Made by a program: the position numbers and the translations under genes. From a virus, in the IMG/VR virus record IMGVR_UViG_3300020442_001467, positions 1 to 64,000 of that record: a stretch of DNA of 64,000 nucleotides; one strand, 5' to 3'. The notes beneath the pieces were generated by a model. The model ran no database searches. It was not told where the DNA came from and saw nothing but the letters and a program-made list of their open reading frames with translations. Shown piece by piece: positions 7,558-21,000 of this stretch. Positions within the stretch are counted from its first letter, which is position 1; every line of letters begins with the position of its first letter.

Positions 7558-7675
7558 AGTAGAACGTCTAAAGTCTCCACAACTCATGTATAGACGCCCT
7601 GGTGCTGACGCACATGAGAAAGTAACAGATTACTTGGATGATGTAGACGCCCGCTTAAAAAATCTAGAGAAATAA
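7499..7675 (+). CDS. small coiled-coil hypothetical protein
   Basis: ATG at 7499; LMYRRPG...HEKVTDYLD; TAATG coupling. Confidence 0.7.
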   Translation: MNLEEVLEIAFQEIRELKAEVERLKSPQLMYRRPGADAHEKVTDYLDDVDARLKNLEK

Positions 7676-8544
7676 TGGCAATCCTCATACCTAACGGCAC
7701 TAGTTTTACCAACGTTGGTGGTATGTGGAAGATGCTGCCTGCCCCTGGACCCTTTGTGTTACCCGACATGAGGAGAGAGGGGGTAGACATTAATATCTAC
7801 GAGACTGCTGGGGTGGTGAACGTCACTGCTCAAGCAAACTTGGTATGTCCTGGAGGAACACCTGGTCCCTCGCAACCTAGTCCCGAGTTAATCACAGGTA
7901 TCAGTGTCAGTGTCTATCAACCTGGTGTTATAGTCCTGAAAGGAGGAGTATCTACCATTCCAGAGATGAGAGATGGTACTGATGCTGTGAGTATGGGGAG
8001 TATCAGTGTAGCACCTGGAGTTACCACATTAGTGCTGCCGATCCCTATCATTGGCAATTACACGGAGAAGTGGTTATATGATAGTGAGGCAGGCTTCATT
8101 GAGAGTTATAAGGGACTAGAGGTGCCAATGGCACAGGACAATGTGAGAAGTTCATCATTCTTCAGTGGACAGGGTAGGGTGAAACCTATCTCACCAAAAA
8201 TGAGGACCGAGCCTCTGATAGCGAGAAAAATACCTGGAACGGGTGTAAGGAACTTTGCATATCAGAATAGTGTAGGTAGAGAGTTATATGGACCTGTAGG
8301 GCACGACCTTGCTCAACAGAATAGTAATTACATGTGGAGTTACCGACCCTCTCTGATAAAAACTCTGCGCTATCATTATCTAATCACTGTTACTAGTACA
8401 TGTCCACCATATACTTGGACATTCCCAGCATATGTGGATGTAGACAATAATTGGCGTCATCATAAGAGTAGGACGCTACATAGATTGAAGAAACAACGTA
8501 CTGCAACTGAAGGTACTGTAGGAACAACTGGAGGCAACCCCTAA
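7675..8544 (+). CDS. hypothetical protein, probably baseplate hub/spike associated
   Basis: 289 aa, coupled (TAATG) to the PAAR gene. Confidence 0.7.
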   Translation: MAILIPNGTSFTNVGGMWKMLPAPGPFVLPDMRREGVDINIYETAGVVNVTAQANLVCPGGTPGPSQPSPELITGISVSVYQPGVIVLKGGVSTIPEMRDGTDAVSMGSISVAPGVTTLVLPIPIIGNYTEKWLYDSEAGFIESYKGLEVPMAQDNVRSSSFFSGQGRVKPISPKMRTEPLIARKIPGTGVRNFAYQNSVGRELYGPVGHDLAQQNSNYMWSYRPSLIKTLRYHYLITVTSTCPPYTWTFPAYVDVDNNWRHHKSRTLHRLKKQRTATEGTVGTTGGNP

Positions 8545-8843
8545 TGGCAGCAGGATCTGGTATAAGCAGAATCAAAGACCTAGAGAGTGGTCATCAGTGT
8601 TGGCCACCTGTACCTGTCATTACAGGGTCTCTGAACGTCTTTGTGAACAAGAAACAAGCATTGCGTGTAGGTGACGTGACATCAGTCCATGTATGTGGCA
8701 AGAACCCACCTCATACTGATAAGTGTGTGAAGGGATCGACGAAAGTCTTCTGTAATAAGAAAGCAATCATGCGTATTGGTGATGTATTGTCATTTGGAGC
8801 AGTGATGACACAAGGATCACATACGGTGTTGGCAGGTGGGTAA
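8544..8843 (+). CDS. PAAR spike-tip protein (T4 gp5.4-like)
   Basis: Three GSxxVFxN...RxGD repeats with His/Cys metal ligands (GHQC, HVCG, PHT). Confidence 0.9.
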   Translation: MAAGSGISRIKDLESGHQCWPPVPVITGSLNVFVNKKQALRVGDVTSVHVCGKNPPHTDKCVKGSTKVFCNKKAIMRIGDVLSFGAVMTQGSHTVLAGG

Positions 8844-8857
8844 ATTTGTGGTATAAT
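8829..8857 (+). promoter_or_regulatory. sigma70-type promoter
   Basis: TTGGCA, 17-bp spacer, TATAAT with extended TG. Confidence 0.7.
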
Positions 8858-8879
8858 ATCATCAGTTCATCATTGATCA

Positions 8880-9026
8880 ATGGCAAAGGTTAAAAAGTCT
8901 CTTCTTGGACAACAGTTTATTGAAGCAACTCCCAAGAAATCTCGTCAAGGTTCTGGACAGCATACCAAGTATGCAGCAACATCCCGTAACAAGGCAAAGA
9001 AGCGTTATCGGGGTCAAGGTAAGTGA
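8880..9026 (+). CDS. small basic protein (48 aa)
   Basis: MAKVKKSLLG...KKSRQGSG...RNKAKKRYRGQGK; conserved KRYRGQG-type phage peptide; not in the ORF track. Confidence 0.75.
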   Translation: MAKVKKSLLGQQFIEATPKKSRQGSGQHTKYAATSRNKAKKRYRGQGK

Positions 9027-9676
9027 ATCTAATTTGCAATCTTCCTGCTCAAAAGGTATGGGTTCGTAAAGAATACTTACGAGACCACCAAGATGGACAT
9101 GGGGAGTTTGTAGAGGGCGTCTGGGTATGTGCTAAAAGCATACCTGGGCGTGCTTTTTACTTTGAGACGTACTTGCCTACCTATGGCGCAATGTATGACA
9201 AGCTTCCTATCAGTGCCTTTGTAAGATCACCCAAGACTCCAGACGTAGACATGAGTTTGGAGAATCTACAATTCTGGAATTGTATGGATTATGGGGTAGC
9301 ATGTATGAGCAAAGGGTTTGTGGCATCTATGGACTGTGAGGTCTACACACGAGATCATGGATTGATGCGAGGACAGTATCTGTTTACACTAGATAACTAT
9401 CATGCAAACATCGATGTTATAGATAATAATGTAAGTGAGGTGCCACAAGAGCACAAGTCGCATAACTGCATCGCTTTAAACAACGGTCAGTATGCACTAT
9501 ATCCTAACAACAGAATGCGACTGTATGACCTCTCTATAACCCCACAGGACCCTCAATTCCCTGACTTTAAGGTATCCACCATAGAATACCAAGTAGAGGC
9601 AGGAATCGACTGGGGACGCCTTGGAGACACTGACGATTATTTCTGGCAAACACCAAAGGAGAAAGAAAATGGGTAA
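9023..9676 (+). CDS. conserved marine phage hypothetical protein
   Basis: VRKEYL...GEF...SIPGRA...GAMYDKLPISAF...EHKSHN...GQYALYPNNR. Confidence 0.85.
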   Translation: MNLICNLPAQKVWVRKEYLRDHQDGHGEFVEGVWVCAKSIPGRAFYFETYLPTYGAMYDKLPISAFVRSPKTPDVDMSLENLQFWNCMDYGVACMSKGFVASMDCEVYTRDHGLMRGQYLFTLDNYHANIDVIDNNVSEVPQEHKSHNCIALNNGQYALYPNNRMRLYDLSITPQDPQFPDFKVSTIEYQVEAGIDWGRLGDTDDYFWQTPKEKENG

Positions 9677-9797
9677 TTCACCTACCGACAAAAGTAAAGA
9701 TTTTATCAAGTCTGGAATGACCCTGATCACACAGGTTGACTCCGACAGGTATCTGAAGAAGATGAAGAAAGAAGATCAGAAAAAGGACCATAAATAA
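9669..9797 (+). CDS. small hypothetical protein (42 aa)
   Basis: MGNSPTDKSKDFIKSGMTLITQ...; AAGGAG upstream. Confidence 0.6.
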   Translation: MGNSPTDKSKDFIKSGMTLITQVDSDRYLKKMKKEDQKKDHK

Positions 9798-9815
9798 ACA
9801 ATAAATTGTGTTATT

Positions 9816-10211
9816 GTGCCTAATCAACAGTCTTTTAAAGATTTAAAGGTCACCTTCAATCCACACCCCATTACAGGGGACTTGCAGGTGACAAAAGATG
9901 AGGCAGCTATTAAACAGTCAATTACTAATTTGTTATTGACATCACCTGGAGAAAGATTGTTTGATAGTAAAATCGGTTCGGGGATTCGCGACTTGTTGTT
10001 TGAATCTCTTGATTTTGCTATTGCGGGTCTTATTGCTGATGAGATCAAACGTACTCTATCAAAATACGAACCTAGGATAAAACTGCAAGAAGTTGAGGTC
10101 ATACCAGACTTTGACAATAATGCTTTTGAAACGAACATTGAGTTCACAATTATTGGTCGTCAAGACACTCCTGACCAATCAATCAACTTCCTCCTCCAGA
10201 GAACCCGATGA
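9816..10211 (+). CDS. gp25: baseplate wedge subunit gp25
   Basis: AIKQSITNLLLTSPGERLFDSKIGS...YEPRI (GPW/gp25 family); synteny with gp6. Confidence 0.92.
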   Translation: MPNQQSFKDLKVTFNPHPITGDLQVTKDEAAIKQSITNLLLTSPGERLFDSKIGSGIRDLLFESLDFAIAGLIADEIKRTLSKYEPRIKLQEVEVIPDFDNNAFETNIEFTIIGRQDTPDQSINFLLQRTR

Positions 10212-12010
10212 AGCATATTCAAGTAAATGATTTAGACTTTGAAAATATTAAGACTACTCTCAAAGAATATTTGAGAGCACAGTCTGATTTCACTGATTAT
10301 GATTTCGAGGGTTCTGTCTGGAGCACATTACTCGACGTATTAGCATATAATACGTATTACACCGCGTTCAACACGAACATGGTGGTAAATGAGTTATTTC
10401 TAGAGTCTGCCACTCTTCGTGACAATGTAATTTCTCTGGCAAAGCAACTAGGGTATAAACCAAAGTCCGTAGTTGCGGCAAAGGCAATGGTTAATTTCCA
10501 AGTAAATTTTCCAGGATCCGCACCTCCAATCATTGTATTGAAGAAGGGTACGGGATTTGTCACTACCTATAATGATAAACTGTACCGCTTTGTAGTATTA
10601 GATGACTACAAGGCGGGTGTTGTTAATGGACAAGCGTTTTTCACTAACGTAGAGTTGTATGAAGGTTCTGTTGTTGAGGACAACTTTACCGTAAGTAATT
10701 TCATCAAATCGCAAAAATTCTTACTGTCCAACGGAAAAGCGGATACTAGCACCATTAGAGTCAAAGTATACCCTACAGAACAGTCTAGTGAGTTCGCTTA
10801 CTTCAATATGATCGATAATATCATCGACATCAAAGACACTGACGGTATTTTCTACGTAGATGAAACCGCAGACGAGAGATATGAGTTGTTCTTTGGTGAC
10901 GGTGTTATTGGTCAGAAACTAGATCACAACAACTATGTCGAAGCATCGTACCTAATTTCTAATGGTTCTGAAGCAAATGGCGCATCGTTATTTGTATTTG
11001 CTGGAGTTTTAGAGGATGTCAACGGAACTGCGTTTGGAACTGAAGTAAGAAACATCACAGTTGTTGATATAGCAAACGGCGGTGCTGATATTGAAAGCAT
11101 TGACAAGATTAAGTTCAATGCACCGAAATTGTATGCTACACAGAATAGAGCAGTAACAGCTACTGATTACGCTGCTATTGTAAGAAAGATTTACCCAGCA
11201 ATCTCTGACATTATCACATACGGCGGCGAAGAAGAGAGATACCCCGAATTTGGTAAGGTCAAGATTGTTATTAAACCAGACAGTGGTTCTACCTTATCTA
11301 CAACAACCAAGCAACAAATTATTGCTGGATTGAAAGATTACGCTGTTGCTTCTGTAACTCCCGAGATTAAGGACCCATCTATCCTATATCTGGAGTTAAA
11401 CAGCAGAATTAACTTTAACACTAGAGTTACTAATCAATATCCAGAAGATATCAGAACCAAGGTCTATGCTGGCGTTGAGCAGTATACTAAAGCATCAAGT
11501 ACCGAAAAATTCAACGGTAAGTTCAGATACAGTAAGTACGTTGGAGTCATCGACTCTGCTGATAGATCCATCACATCTAACACTACAACTGTATTGATGA
11601 GAAAGGATTTCTATCCTCTGATCAACAGCACTTCTTACTACGAACTCTGCTTCCAGAACCCATTTAAGAGCAACTGTCCTGAAGATGGTCCTGTCATTCA
11701 GAGCACAGCATTTAGAGTCAGTGAATATCCCATTACTGATGTCTACATGGAAGATCGCTTCGGCAAAATGATCCTATATAGACTAGATCCTGGAACTGGC
11801 GAAAAGATAGTATTGAAGGACTATATTGGCGATGTAGATTACGACGAGGGTGAAATCAAGTTGTATGACGTGACTATTATAGAAGGTACTTTCTTCGACA
11901 ACAGAATTTCAGTTCGTGTCGTTCCTCGTAATAACGATATCGATGCATCTAGACATATGTACTTGGATGTAGATGTTGCTAATAGTAAGTTCGCGGTATA
12001 CCCAGAGTAA
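10208..12010 (+). CDS. gp6: baseplate wedge subunit gp6
   Basis: LDFENIK...FTDYDFEGS...LLDVLAYNTYY...QNRAVTATDY. Confidence 0.95.
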   Translation: MKHIQVNDLDFENIKTTLKEYLRAQSDFTDYDFEGSVWSTLLDVLAYNTYYTAFNTNMVVNELFLESATLRDNVISLAKQLGYKPKSVVAAKAMVNFQVNFPGSAPPIIVLKKGTGFVTTYNDKLYRFVVLDDYKAGVVNGQAFFTNVELYEGSVVEDNFTVSNFIKSQKFLLSNGKADTSTIRVKVYPTEQSSEFAYFNMIDNIIDIKDTDGIFYVDETADERYELFFGDGVIGQKLDHNNYVEASYLISNGSEANGASLFVFAGVLEDVNGTAFGTEVRNITVVDIANGGADIESIDKIKFNAPKLYATQNRAVTATDYAAIVRKIYPAISDIITYGGEEERYPEFGKVKIVIKPDSGSTLSTTTKQQIIAGLKDYAVASVTPEIKDPSILYLELNSRINFNTRVTNQYPEDIRTKVYAGVEQYTKASSTEKFNGKFRYSKYVGVIDSADRSITSNTTTVLMRKDFYPLINSTSYYELCFQNPFKSNCPEDGPVIQSTAFRVSEYPITDVYMEDRFGKMILYRLDPGTGEKIVLKDYIGDVDYDEGEIKLYDVTIIEGTFFDNRISVRVVPRNNDIDASRHMYLDVDVANSKFAVYPE

Positions 12011-12014
12011 GTAG

Positions 12015-15000
12015 ATGAGTAATAAAATTTCATCGCTAATCGAGACACAGCTTCCTGCGTTTATCGTTTCTGAATATGGAAATGTTGCGGCAGTTATTGA
12101 AGCATACTATGAGCAACTAGAATCGACGGGTCAGTCTTTAGATATTATATCGAACATCACATCATACCGTGATGTCGATTTTTATGAAAAAAATCTGTTA
12201 ACAGAACAGACCACACTAACTGTTGGTATTTCTGCTGCAGCTACCACTATCGCTGTTGCTGATGCATCTTCATTCCCCAGAAAGAATGGATACATCAAAA
12301 TTGGTGATGAAATTTGTTTTTATGCTTCTAGAACAGATACAGAGTTCTTGGAAGTTTCTAGAGGAGTTAGTGGGACCACCCAATTAGGGGATCTCTACGA
12401 AAAGTCCCAATACACGTCCTCTGACGCAAAGTTTCACGCTACCAGTTCGGCAGTACATAATTTAAGTCACCTCTTCCTGTACGCCCTTGTGAAGGCGTTT
12501 GAGAGAGAATATCTGGTTGATGTGCCAGAAGTATATCTCAAAGGAGATATTGACAAACGTCAGTTAATTAAGAATATTGCCGACTTTTACAAAGTCAAAG
12601 GAACTGACAAGTCAATTAGGTTTATCTTCAACTCTATCGTCTCAAAGAGTGCTGATGACATCCCTACAACATACTATCCAAAAGATTTTACTGTAAAAGT
12701 ATCAGAATCGAATTGGGATGCTGCTTTTGCTCTGCAAGTAATTATTCTGGAAGGTAACGCCAACTGGTTGATTGGACAAACTATTGTACAGCAATCTGAC
12801 AAAAATTCTCCAGATGCTTCATATGCATCTGTAAGCATCGAGAATGTAGTTGGTATTGGCAAGGTTGGTGACTATGGGTTGTTTAACCTGATTATCAACC
12901 CAAATACCGTAAATGGTAATTTTGCGATCCCCCAAAAGACAGTCCTGGACAGGGATCTCGCGACTACTCAAGGTCCTGGAGATACAATCACTGTAGACTC
13001 TACTTTGGGTTGGTCAGCACAGTCTGGATACCTACAAGTCAATAATGAGATCATTAAATTTGAAGGAAAGGGTGCTAGACAGTTTATTATCAGCGAAAGG
13101 GGTAATATCACCAGAACACACAATGTTGGTGACCTGGTAGTAAACTATTCTAATGTTTCAGCATCTACTAATGACGGTAGAGTCAAGTTGCTTGTCTATG
13201 GAACTCTAACAAATCTCAATGTCGAGAATGGAGAACCATACTCTCAAGTAGGTGACAAGGTTCAAGTTTCCAAACCAGGATTTGAAACCAAGAATTTAGT
13301 CATCTATGACCAAAGGGCAAACAATGTTCGCTGGAAGGTAAACACCTCTGGTCTAACTCCTTCTGTTCCATTCAACCCTGGTGTTGGTCAAGGACTACAG
13401 AAGTTCCTTTCTGATGTCAGTGCAGTATATGAGGATAGTCAGTATTACTACTTTGCTACATCGTCATATCCATCTACTCCTATTTTAACGGGTCAGACTC
13501 AACCAGTTCCTATGGTTGATCCCCAACTGCTTAAACTCATTCCAAAGCAGACTAGCACAACTCCTGAAGTATATAAGACTCCAACCAGAGATGTAGGCAT
13601 TTTTGTTGACGGTTCTATTGCTTTCAGTTTTAAGAGTGAGAACAATATTCCTTATGGAGATATTCAGACCTACACACTCACCAAACGTGGTTCTGGATAC
13701 ACTAAACCTCCTTATGTCTTGGTAAACGGAGATTCGTCTATTGCTCTGTCTTCTTTGGCAGGTGATACTGTCAATGCCATCACAACTATTAAGAGTCAAA
13801 ATTACACAGCAGATCCTCTGATCGAGATTACTGCTGGTAGAGATGGTAAAGCAGAAGCAGTTATCACATCTGGAGAAATTACTAGTATCAGAGTTATTGA
13901 TGCTGGTGAATATTATTCTGCACCTCCTCTTGTCGTTATTAGTGACCTAGCAGGAAAAGGTAGGTTTGCTGAATATCGTGCAAAGACAAATACATTAGGA
14001 AAAATCACAGAGTTTGAGAAAATCTCTGGTGGTAAGTTCTACACACAAGAAAATGTAAGGGTTGAATTAATTTCCGAAGGACAAAACAACCCTGCATCTG
14101 CAACTGCCGAAATCTACCGTTGGGTCCAAAATAGATTCTTTGAAAATGAGTTAATTTTAGATGATAACAACGGACTAGCAGTAAAAGATGTAATTGAAAA
14201 TGAATATTATTACGGTATTGCTGCAAACCCAAAAAGACTGCGTTTGAGGTTGCAAGACAGCATCCAAAATATCACGTTCCAAGAAACGGCAACTGTTACT
14301 CACTCACCAATTCTTGGGTATGCTTATGATGGAAATCCAATTTATGGTCCATATGGATTCTCCGATCCCCTAGACAGCTCATCCTCCATTGCGAGAATGA
14401 ACAGTGGATATCAACTTAAGAGTTCTAGAACTGATGGTCCCGTCGATGCTCCATACGAGATGGGCACATTTGTTGATGACTATGAGTGGGTTGCTACAGT
14501 TGATACTGGCAAGACTCGTCTTGATATCAATAATGGTAGATTCTGTGTAACACCAGAATTCCCACAAGGAACGTATGCATACTTCATTACCATCGATGCT
14601 ACGAATAAACCCGTATATCCATACATCCTTGGTGAGAACTTCTATTCCCTTCCTGTCAGATCAAACTACGAAAGTAAGATTACTCAAAAATCTATTCCTT
14701 CCGATTCTAGAAGACTGTTTATTCCTGGCACATTGAAGAATGGTTCTGGAGAAATAGCATTTGTAGATTCTGTATCAACTGGTTTTGTCTCTTCTGTAAA
14801 AATTGAAGATTCACAACCTAACTTCCAAGTTGGATCTAGAATCTATGTTGATGACTCTGGAAGTGGTGGTAGCGGTGCATCTGGTATTGTATCTTCTACT
14901 TTCGGTAAACCTGTTACCAGTATCGAATCAAAAGAACTCAAAGCAGTTCAACTAACCACTCTAAATTCATTCTATGGTTTCCTTGGCGATACAATCACCC

Positions 15001-18000
15001 AAGAGGGAACAGGTGCTGTTGGTGAGTTGATCAGAGATGTCAGTGAAGAAAATGAAATTGTTTTGAGAAGTGTTACTGGTACATTTGTACCAGGAAATGA
15101 AATCAACTCTTCTACTAGAGTAATTAACCTCTTGCTCTCACAGAACAGCACATACACCCAAGGCGAGACTCTTGCTCTTGTATTGTTTGATGATCCCACC
15201 ACAGAGATTGCTACTGGTGAGATTTTAGCAGGAACTGTCGAACAGAATGCTGTCAGACTAAAAGTATTGTCTGGTAACTTTGATGATTACCTGAATTATG
15301 CAGAAGGCGAAGTTATTCTGAAGAGTAGTGATCTGGGCAACACTGCAGGAACCGAAATTGTAATTATCAAAGAATTGAGTAAGAATGTTGGTGTCACTGG
15401 TGTTGATGAATCTATTGCTATCCTAGAAACAACTGAAGCACATGATTTTGGTAGTGGTGATATTATTGACATCATCGTAGATCCTGACGAAGCAACTACA
15501 GAGACTACCTATTATGTTACCAAGAAGAAATTCCAAGAAGTTTCTCTATTAGATCTACAATATAGTGCCAAAGTAAACGATAGTGGTATCGGAGCATCTA
15601 CTGTCATTGGTCTTGGTAAAGACTACTATACAAACACATATAATGATGTACCCCTGGTATTTGCAAATGCTGCAAAGAACAGAGATGATATTGTTCAGGC
15701 AAAAGCAACTGTGGTTGTTGCTGGTGACAACTTTGATGGTAGTGGCAATATTGCTAGTATCAGTATTACCGACCCAGGTTCTAACTATCGTAGAGATGAT
15801 ATCCTAACTTTAGATCCAACTGCTATTCCTAGGGTAGATCCTGCCGATTTGGATCAGAGTCCTAATCTTGGTATGGAGTACACCAACCAGCAACAAGTAG
15901 AAGCAAACTTATCGAAGAGATTCTTTGTTGCCGAAGCTGACTATGACGACTTCATTGCCAACGAATATGTGGCAGCTGCCTTCGGACAGAATGATGGTGG
16001 TAACGTAAACTTCATTTACCAGAACACAGATCCAGATAATTTTAGTGTTCAGTATTTCATTGTTGATGAGGAAGGAGATGATCTCTCCACTTCCGATACA
16101 ATTGGTGGATATGCAATTACCGCTACAGATACTTTCTATCCCCCTGGTTCACTGTTGCCCCAGTACGTATTCAAAGATCTGGATACGAACGAAGTAAACC
16201 CTGATTACAATCTTCGTGTCGGTAGCACACTCACTATTCCTAATATGGGAGGTCACACCATTTATGTGGTGTCTGACTACAGCACATCGCTGGCATTGGA
16301 TGGATATGCATTGAAAATAGATGACTATGACATTGCTACTGGATCTTCTACTGATCAATCTTCTCCAATTACATTCACACCAGTATTTGCTGGTACATAC
16401 TACTATATCTGTATTGCCCACCCAGAGATGGTTGGAACCATTACTGTGTATCCTTCCCCAGGATCATCCACTCCTCTAATCAATGTAGATTCTGCTGGAT
16501 TTGGTGTTGACAGAACAGATCTCAATGTAACCAACACTTTCGGTATTGCAGTGAATGATTTACTGTCTATCGGATCCGAAGTTATCAAGGTTGTCACAGT
16601 TGACAATGCTAATAAGAAGATGACTGTGTTGAGAGCACAGGAAGGAACCAGTAAGTCAGATCATGGTGATGGCAAAGAGATAACCTCTTTCAGTCCAACA
16701 TACAATTTCACTCCTGGATCTAAACTTGGCGGCAATACTGTCAATGATCCTGTTGTTGTGTCTTATGATAAGACTGCCAAGACTTTAGTCGTCAACTGGG
16801 ATTACGACGCAACATCAACAGTTCCACTGACAACTGTATCTTCTATTGAAGATCAAAGTACACCACCTAAAGTGGTATCTATTTCTAGTGCAGAACCCAT
16901 CAAAGAGAAGCTTCTATTCTCTTTAGACAATACCAATTTTGACACTAACCCTGTTGTTGATATTCAGAAGTATTACTTCTACAAGTTTGATGTCAGTCAT
17001 CCTTCGATGCTGAATTCGTACCTGGATATTTCTACAAGTCCAAACTTTAATGTCTTCACTGAAGAAAAAGAAGTTGGATTGACCGAACCAGGCAACCCTG
17101 GCGCATTTGTAAGAATTAGACTTGGTTATGGCGCAAACATTGGTGAGAAGACACGTAAGGATGTAAACTTCACTAGTTACTACTATTTCCTTACAAATTC
17201 TTCTACAGACACCGAAGGATCTTTCTTGAGAGTTATTGACGATCCTCTTTCTGGTAGAAAGTCTGTCACATACACAACTGACACTAAAGTTGTCTATGGT
17301 CTAGATGAAGTTCCTCAATATGACGGTTCTGGAAGTATTAATTACACAGGACGTTCTGTTGGTAAGATTGCATCTATTACATTAGACAATCTAGGTTCTA
17401 ACTACAAGAAACTGCCTGTTATCAGAGGTGTTGTTCCTGCCGATGGATATAAAGCAAAAGTAACTGCGGTCAGAAATGCCACATCTAATGAAATCGAGGC
17501 AATCACTATTTCTGATCCTGGTCAAGGATATTCTAAACCAGAATTGGTAGTTGCTAGTGGAGATGGCACTGGTCTTCGTACTGTAGTGGACACTCAAAAT
17601 GGTAAAGTTACTCAAGTAAGAATTATCAATGGAGGAACATTTACAGAGACTCCATTGGTTGATATTATCGAAACTGACAACAAATTATTCTTTGAATCCG
17701 AAAACATTGGATTGCCACAAAATGTCAACTTCGTTAAGTATGGATCTGGATTCCACACTGATGATACTATTATCTCTGAATACTCCACACCGTCTGTATT
17801 TGTCTTGAGATCTTTTGATCTAGATGCATTCAAACCTGGAGAACTCATTGAACAACGTTCTGGTCAACTTGTCACTGCTCAAGGTAGGGTTGCACCTAAT
17901 GGATGGACAAAAGGTTCTAATATACTGCGTCTTGAAAAAATTACTGGTGTGTTCAAACAAAACGAGCAGATCATCGGAAAGAGTGGAAAAAATACTGCTA

Positions 18001-21000
18001 TCATCGATAGCATCAAGAAAACTACATTTTCTCCAGTTATTGTAACGAGAGACAAGACTTTAGGTGTGTTTACTTCTGATAGAGGTAAAATCAGTTCTGG
18101 TAACCAGAAGATTCATGACTCTGATTTCTATCAAGATTACTCCTATGTAATTAGATCTAGAACTCCAATCAAGCAGTGGCGTAATATCATCAAAGATACT
18201 ACACACCCTGCAGGATTTAAGGCGTTTGGTGAGGTGTACCTGGAAACACAGGCACCAGCAATCATGCCTAGTAGTCAACCAGTCAAAAAGACTACTGTGA
18301 TTCTCACAGGTCCACCTGTAAACCTATCTACAGTTTCGACCAAGAGAACTATTACTACCAGTGTATTCAAGGTAGAAGACTCTAGAGTCTCTAGAGGTGC
18401 TGGTTCTGTATCTGTTGATGATTTTGATGTAACCCTGTTTAAGACTAGAGAGTTGGAACTTACTCCTGACTTTGATGGTAAATATGATCCTCAAACAGGT
18501 CTGAAGATTGGTAATACACAGTTCACTATTATTGACAAGGAAACAGGCACTGCATACACTCCATACAACGAGCAAGAACTGCTCATGACTATTGATGGTA
18601 TAGCACAGAGACCTGGTTATTCTTTCAAGGTTACTGGCAACCAACTCAATTTCTACGAACCACCTCTTGGTGTCAGAATTGTAGAGGATCAGGAAGTTCC
18701 AGCACAACAAGAATATATTAGATCTTTCAAATTTAGAGAAGACACCGACAATGCTCGTTATCTCAAGAGACTACAGAACATTGCAGATTCTTTTGATGGC
18801 AGAACCAGAATCTTTGATCTGCGTTGGGAAGATGGTAGTGTCGTAAAAACACAGGTCAATGAAGATCTGTTTGTATATCTTGATGGAGTATTGCAGCAAG
18901 GTTCGTATGAAATCAGACGATTTTCAAGCCCAAACAAAACAGATCGTATCGCTTTCAATAAAGCACCCAAAAACTACAAAGACCTATACGATGCTGATGC
19001 TTTTCCACAAGAACTACAGAACGAAACATATTTCTATGGATTTGGTGTGGGTCTATACGAAAGACTTGGTATTGACGAAAGAATAGTTCCTTTCAACACA
19101 TATAATAGTTACTCCATCTATGATTCTAAAGGTGACGTAATTAATGTAGATGATGATAAGAATCTCTATGTTTATGTTGATGGTGTATTACAGAATAGAG
19201 AGTTCTCTTACAAGATTGCTGGATCTTCTATCATATTCAACCAACCACTTACTTTTGCAGAACAAGCGGATGGTGGGTATACAACTGCTAGAGTTGACAT
19301 TATCCGTCTGTATGGTAAAGATGCTCAACAGACAGTCACCCTGTTTAACCACGAACCTGATGTTTACTTTAACAGAGCAACAGTTCAATTAGATCTTGCT
19401 GGTGGTTATGACGCTCTCACAACTTGGCGCACACAAAATACTACTGACACTACGATTGTCAAACAAGGAGATAAAGTATGGGGAGATCTCATCTCTGTTT
19501 CTTCGGATGCTGGCAACACATTTAAAATTGAACTGCGTTCACAAAACATTTTATCCGACACATCTCTGCCCATCACTTTTGATAGAAATGATGGTGCTCC
19601 ACTTACACTGAATCCAGATAGTTTTACTATTTCATATGTAACTAATGAAGATGGAGAAAGAGTCCTCAATAGACTAGAGGCAAACTACATTCCTTACTTA
19701 CCTACAGGTGATGCCTTTGATAGTTATGACTACAGAGGTGAGATTCTGAAGCAACATCCAAACCTTCGTGTTGGTGATAAGATCAAAATTGATGGTGAAA
19801 AATCATACAGAAGTATTATCAGTTCACCACTATTTGCAAGACCAACCGAATATCGTGACGACGAACAAGTATCCAACAACTTCTTCACGAAGATTGCTGC
19901 TGGTAACTATAACGGCGAAAGGTTTGGTGAAGGTTTGTCTGTAGTTGCCAACATTACTGCTGGTAAAGTAACTTCTCTTGATTGGAATCGTAGAGATCTC
20001 TCATACTACTTCAATCACGGTGTCCTTATCAATCCAACTGCATATAATTACAACAGCGCACCAATTCTAAACTTTGTTCCTGTCAATGGTGAAGGTGGTG
20101 GTGCTAAAGCAAGAGTGATTGTATATGGTGGTCAAATCATTGACATTGAGGTCGTAGATCCTGGATCTGGTTATACCAAGGCACCCAGAGTCGTAGTTTC
20201 TAGAGGTTATTCAATCCTTCGTGAGAATAATCATCCAGAGTTCTTCATGACCAGATATACTACTGGTGGTGGGGGTCAGCAACTAGTTGCCACTATCTCT
20301 GCTGTATCATCTGTTATTCCTCTGTTTGATAGAAACCTTATTGAATCTCTCGCTATCATACAGTCACCAAATCCTCTCCAATTCAATAACGAATACGTCA
20401 GAGTTATTCAACCAGCGTCTCCCGCAATTGGAATGGGTGAAGTATCTGAACAGAAGATCCTCTCTCAAATTCAGTATGTTGCTGCTACAGAATCTCCTGC
20501 TGCAGTGTCACAACCTGCATTTACGAGAATCTTCCCTGACAATATGGATCTTGGTTTTGAGTCATTTAGGGCAGTTAAGACCAGACAATATAGTTCTGGT
20601 GTCGTTGCACTAGATGAGCAACCAGTTAATAACCCTCATCTCTATTCTCAAGGTAAGTTAGGAACTACAGTATCCTCCTTTATTGATTACTTGTTCCTAG
20701 ATGTTGGTTATGCAAATGTGTCTGGTATTACTCTGGAGCAACTAGAATTGACTTATACACAATTCCAAGGTATTAGCGAAGGAGTTGATACCTGGATGGA
20801 TAACATGGCAATCAATGCCTCTTCATTAACTACCGATGGAACACTATTCAACCCAGGTGTCCCATCACTACAAGAACATGTCAGTTTCTTGGATGCTCCT
20901 GCAACTGATGTGTCAATTGTCCTTTATGTTCCAGACACTTCCAGGTTCCCCGACTCTGGAAAACTCTTGTTGGGTAAAGAACTTGTAACATATACTAGCA

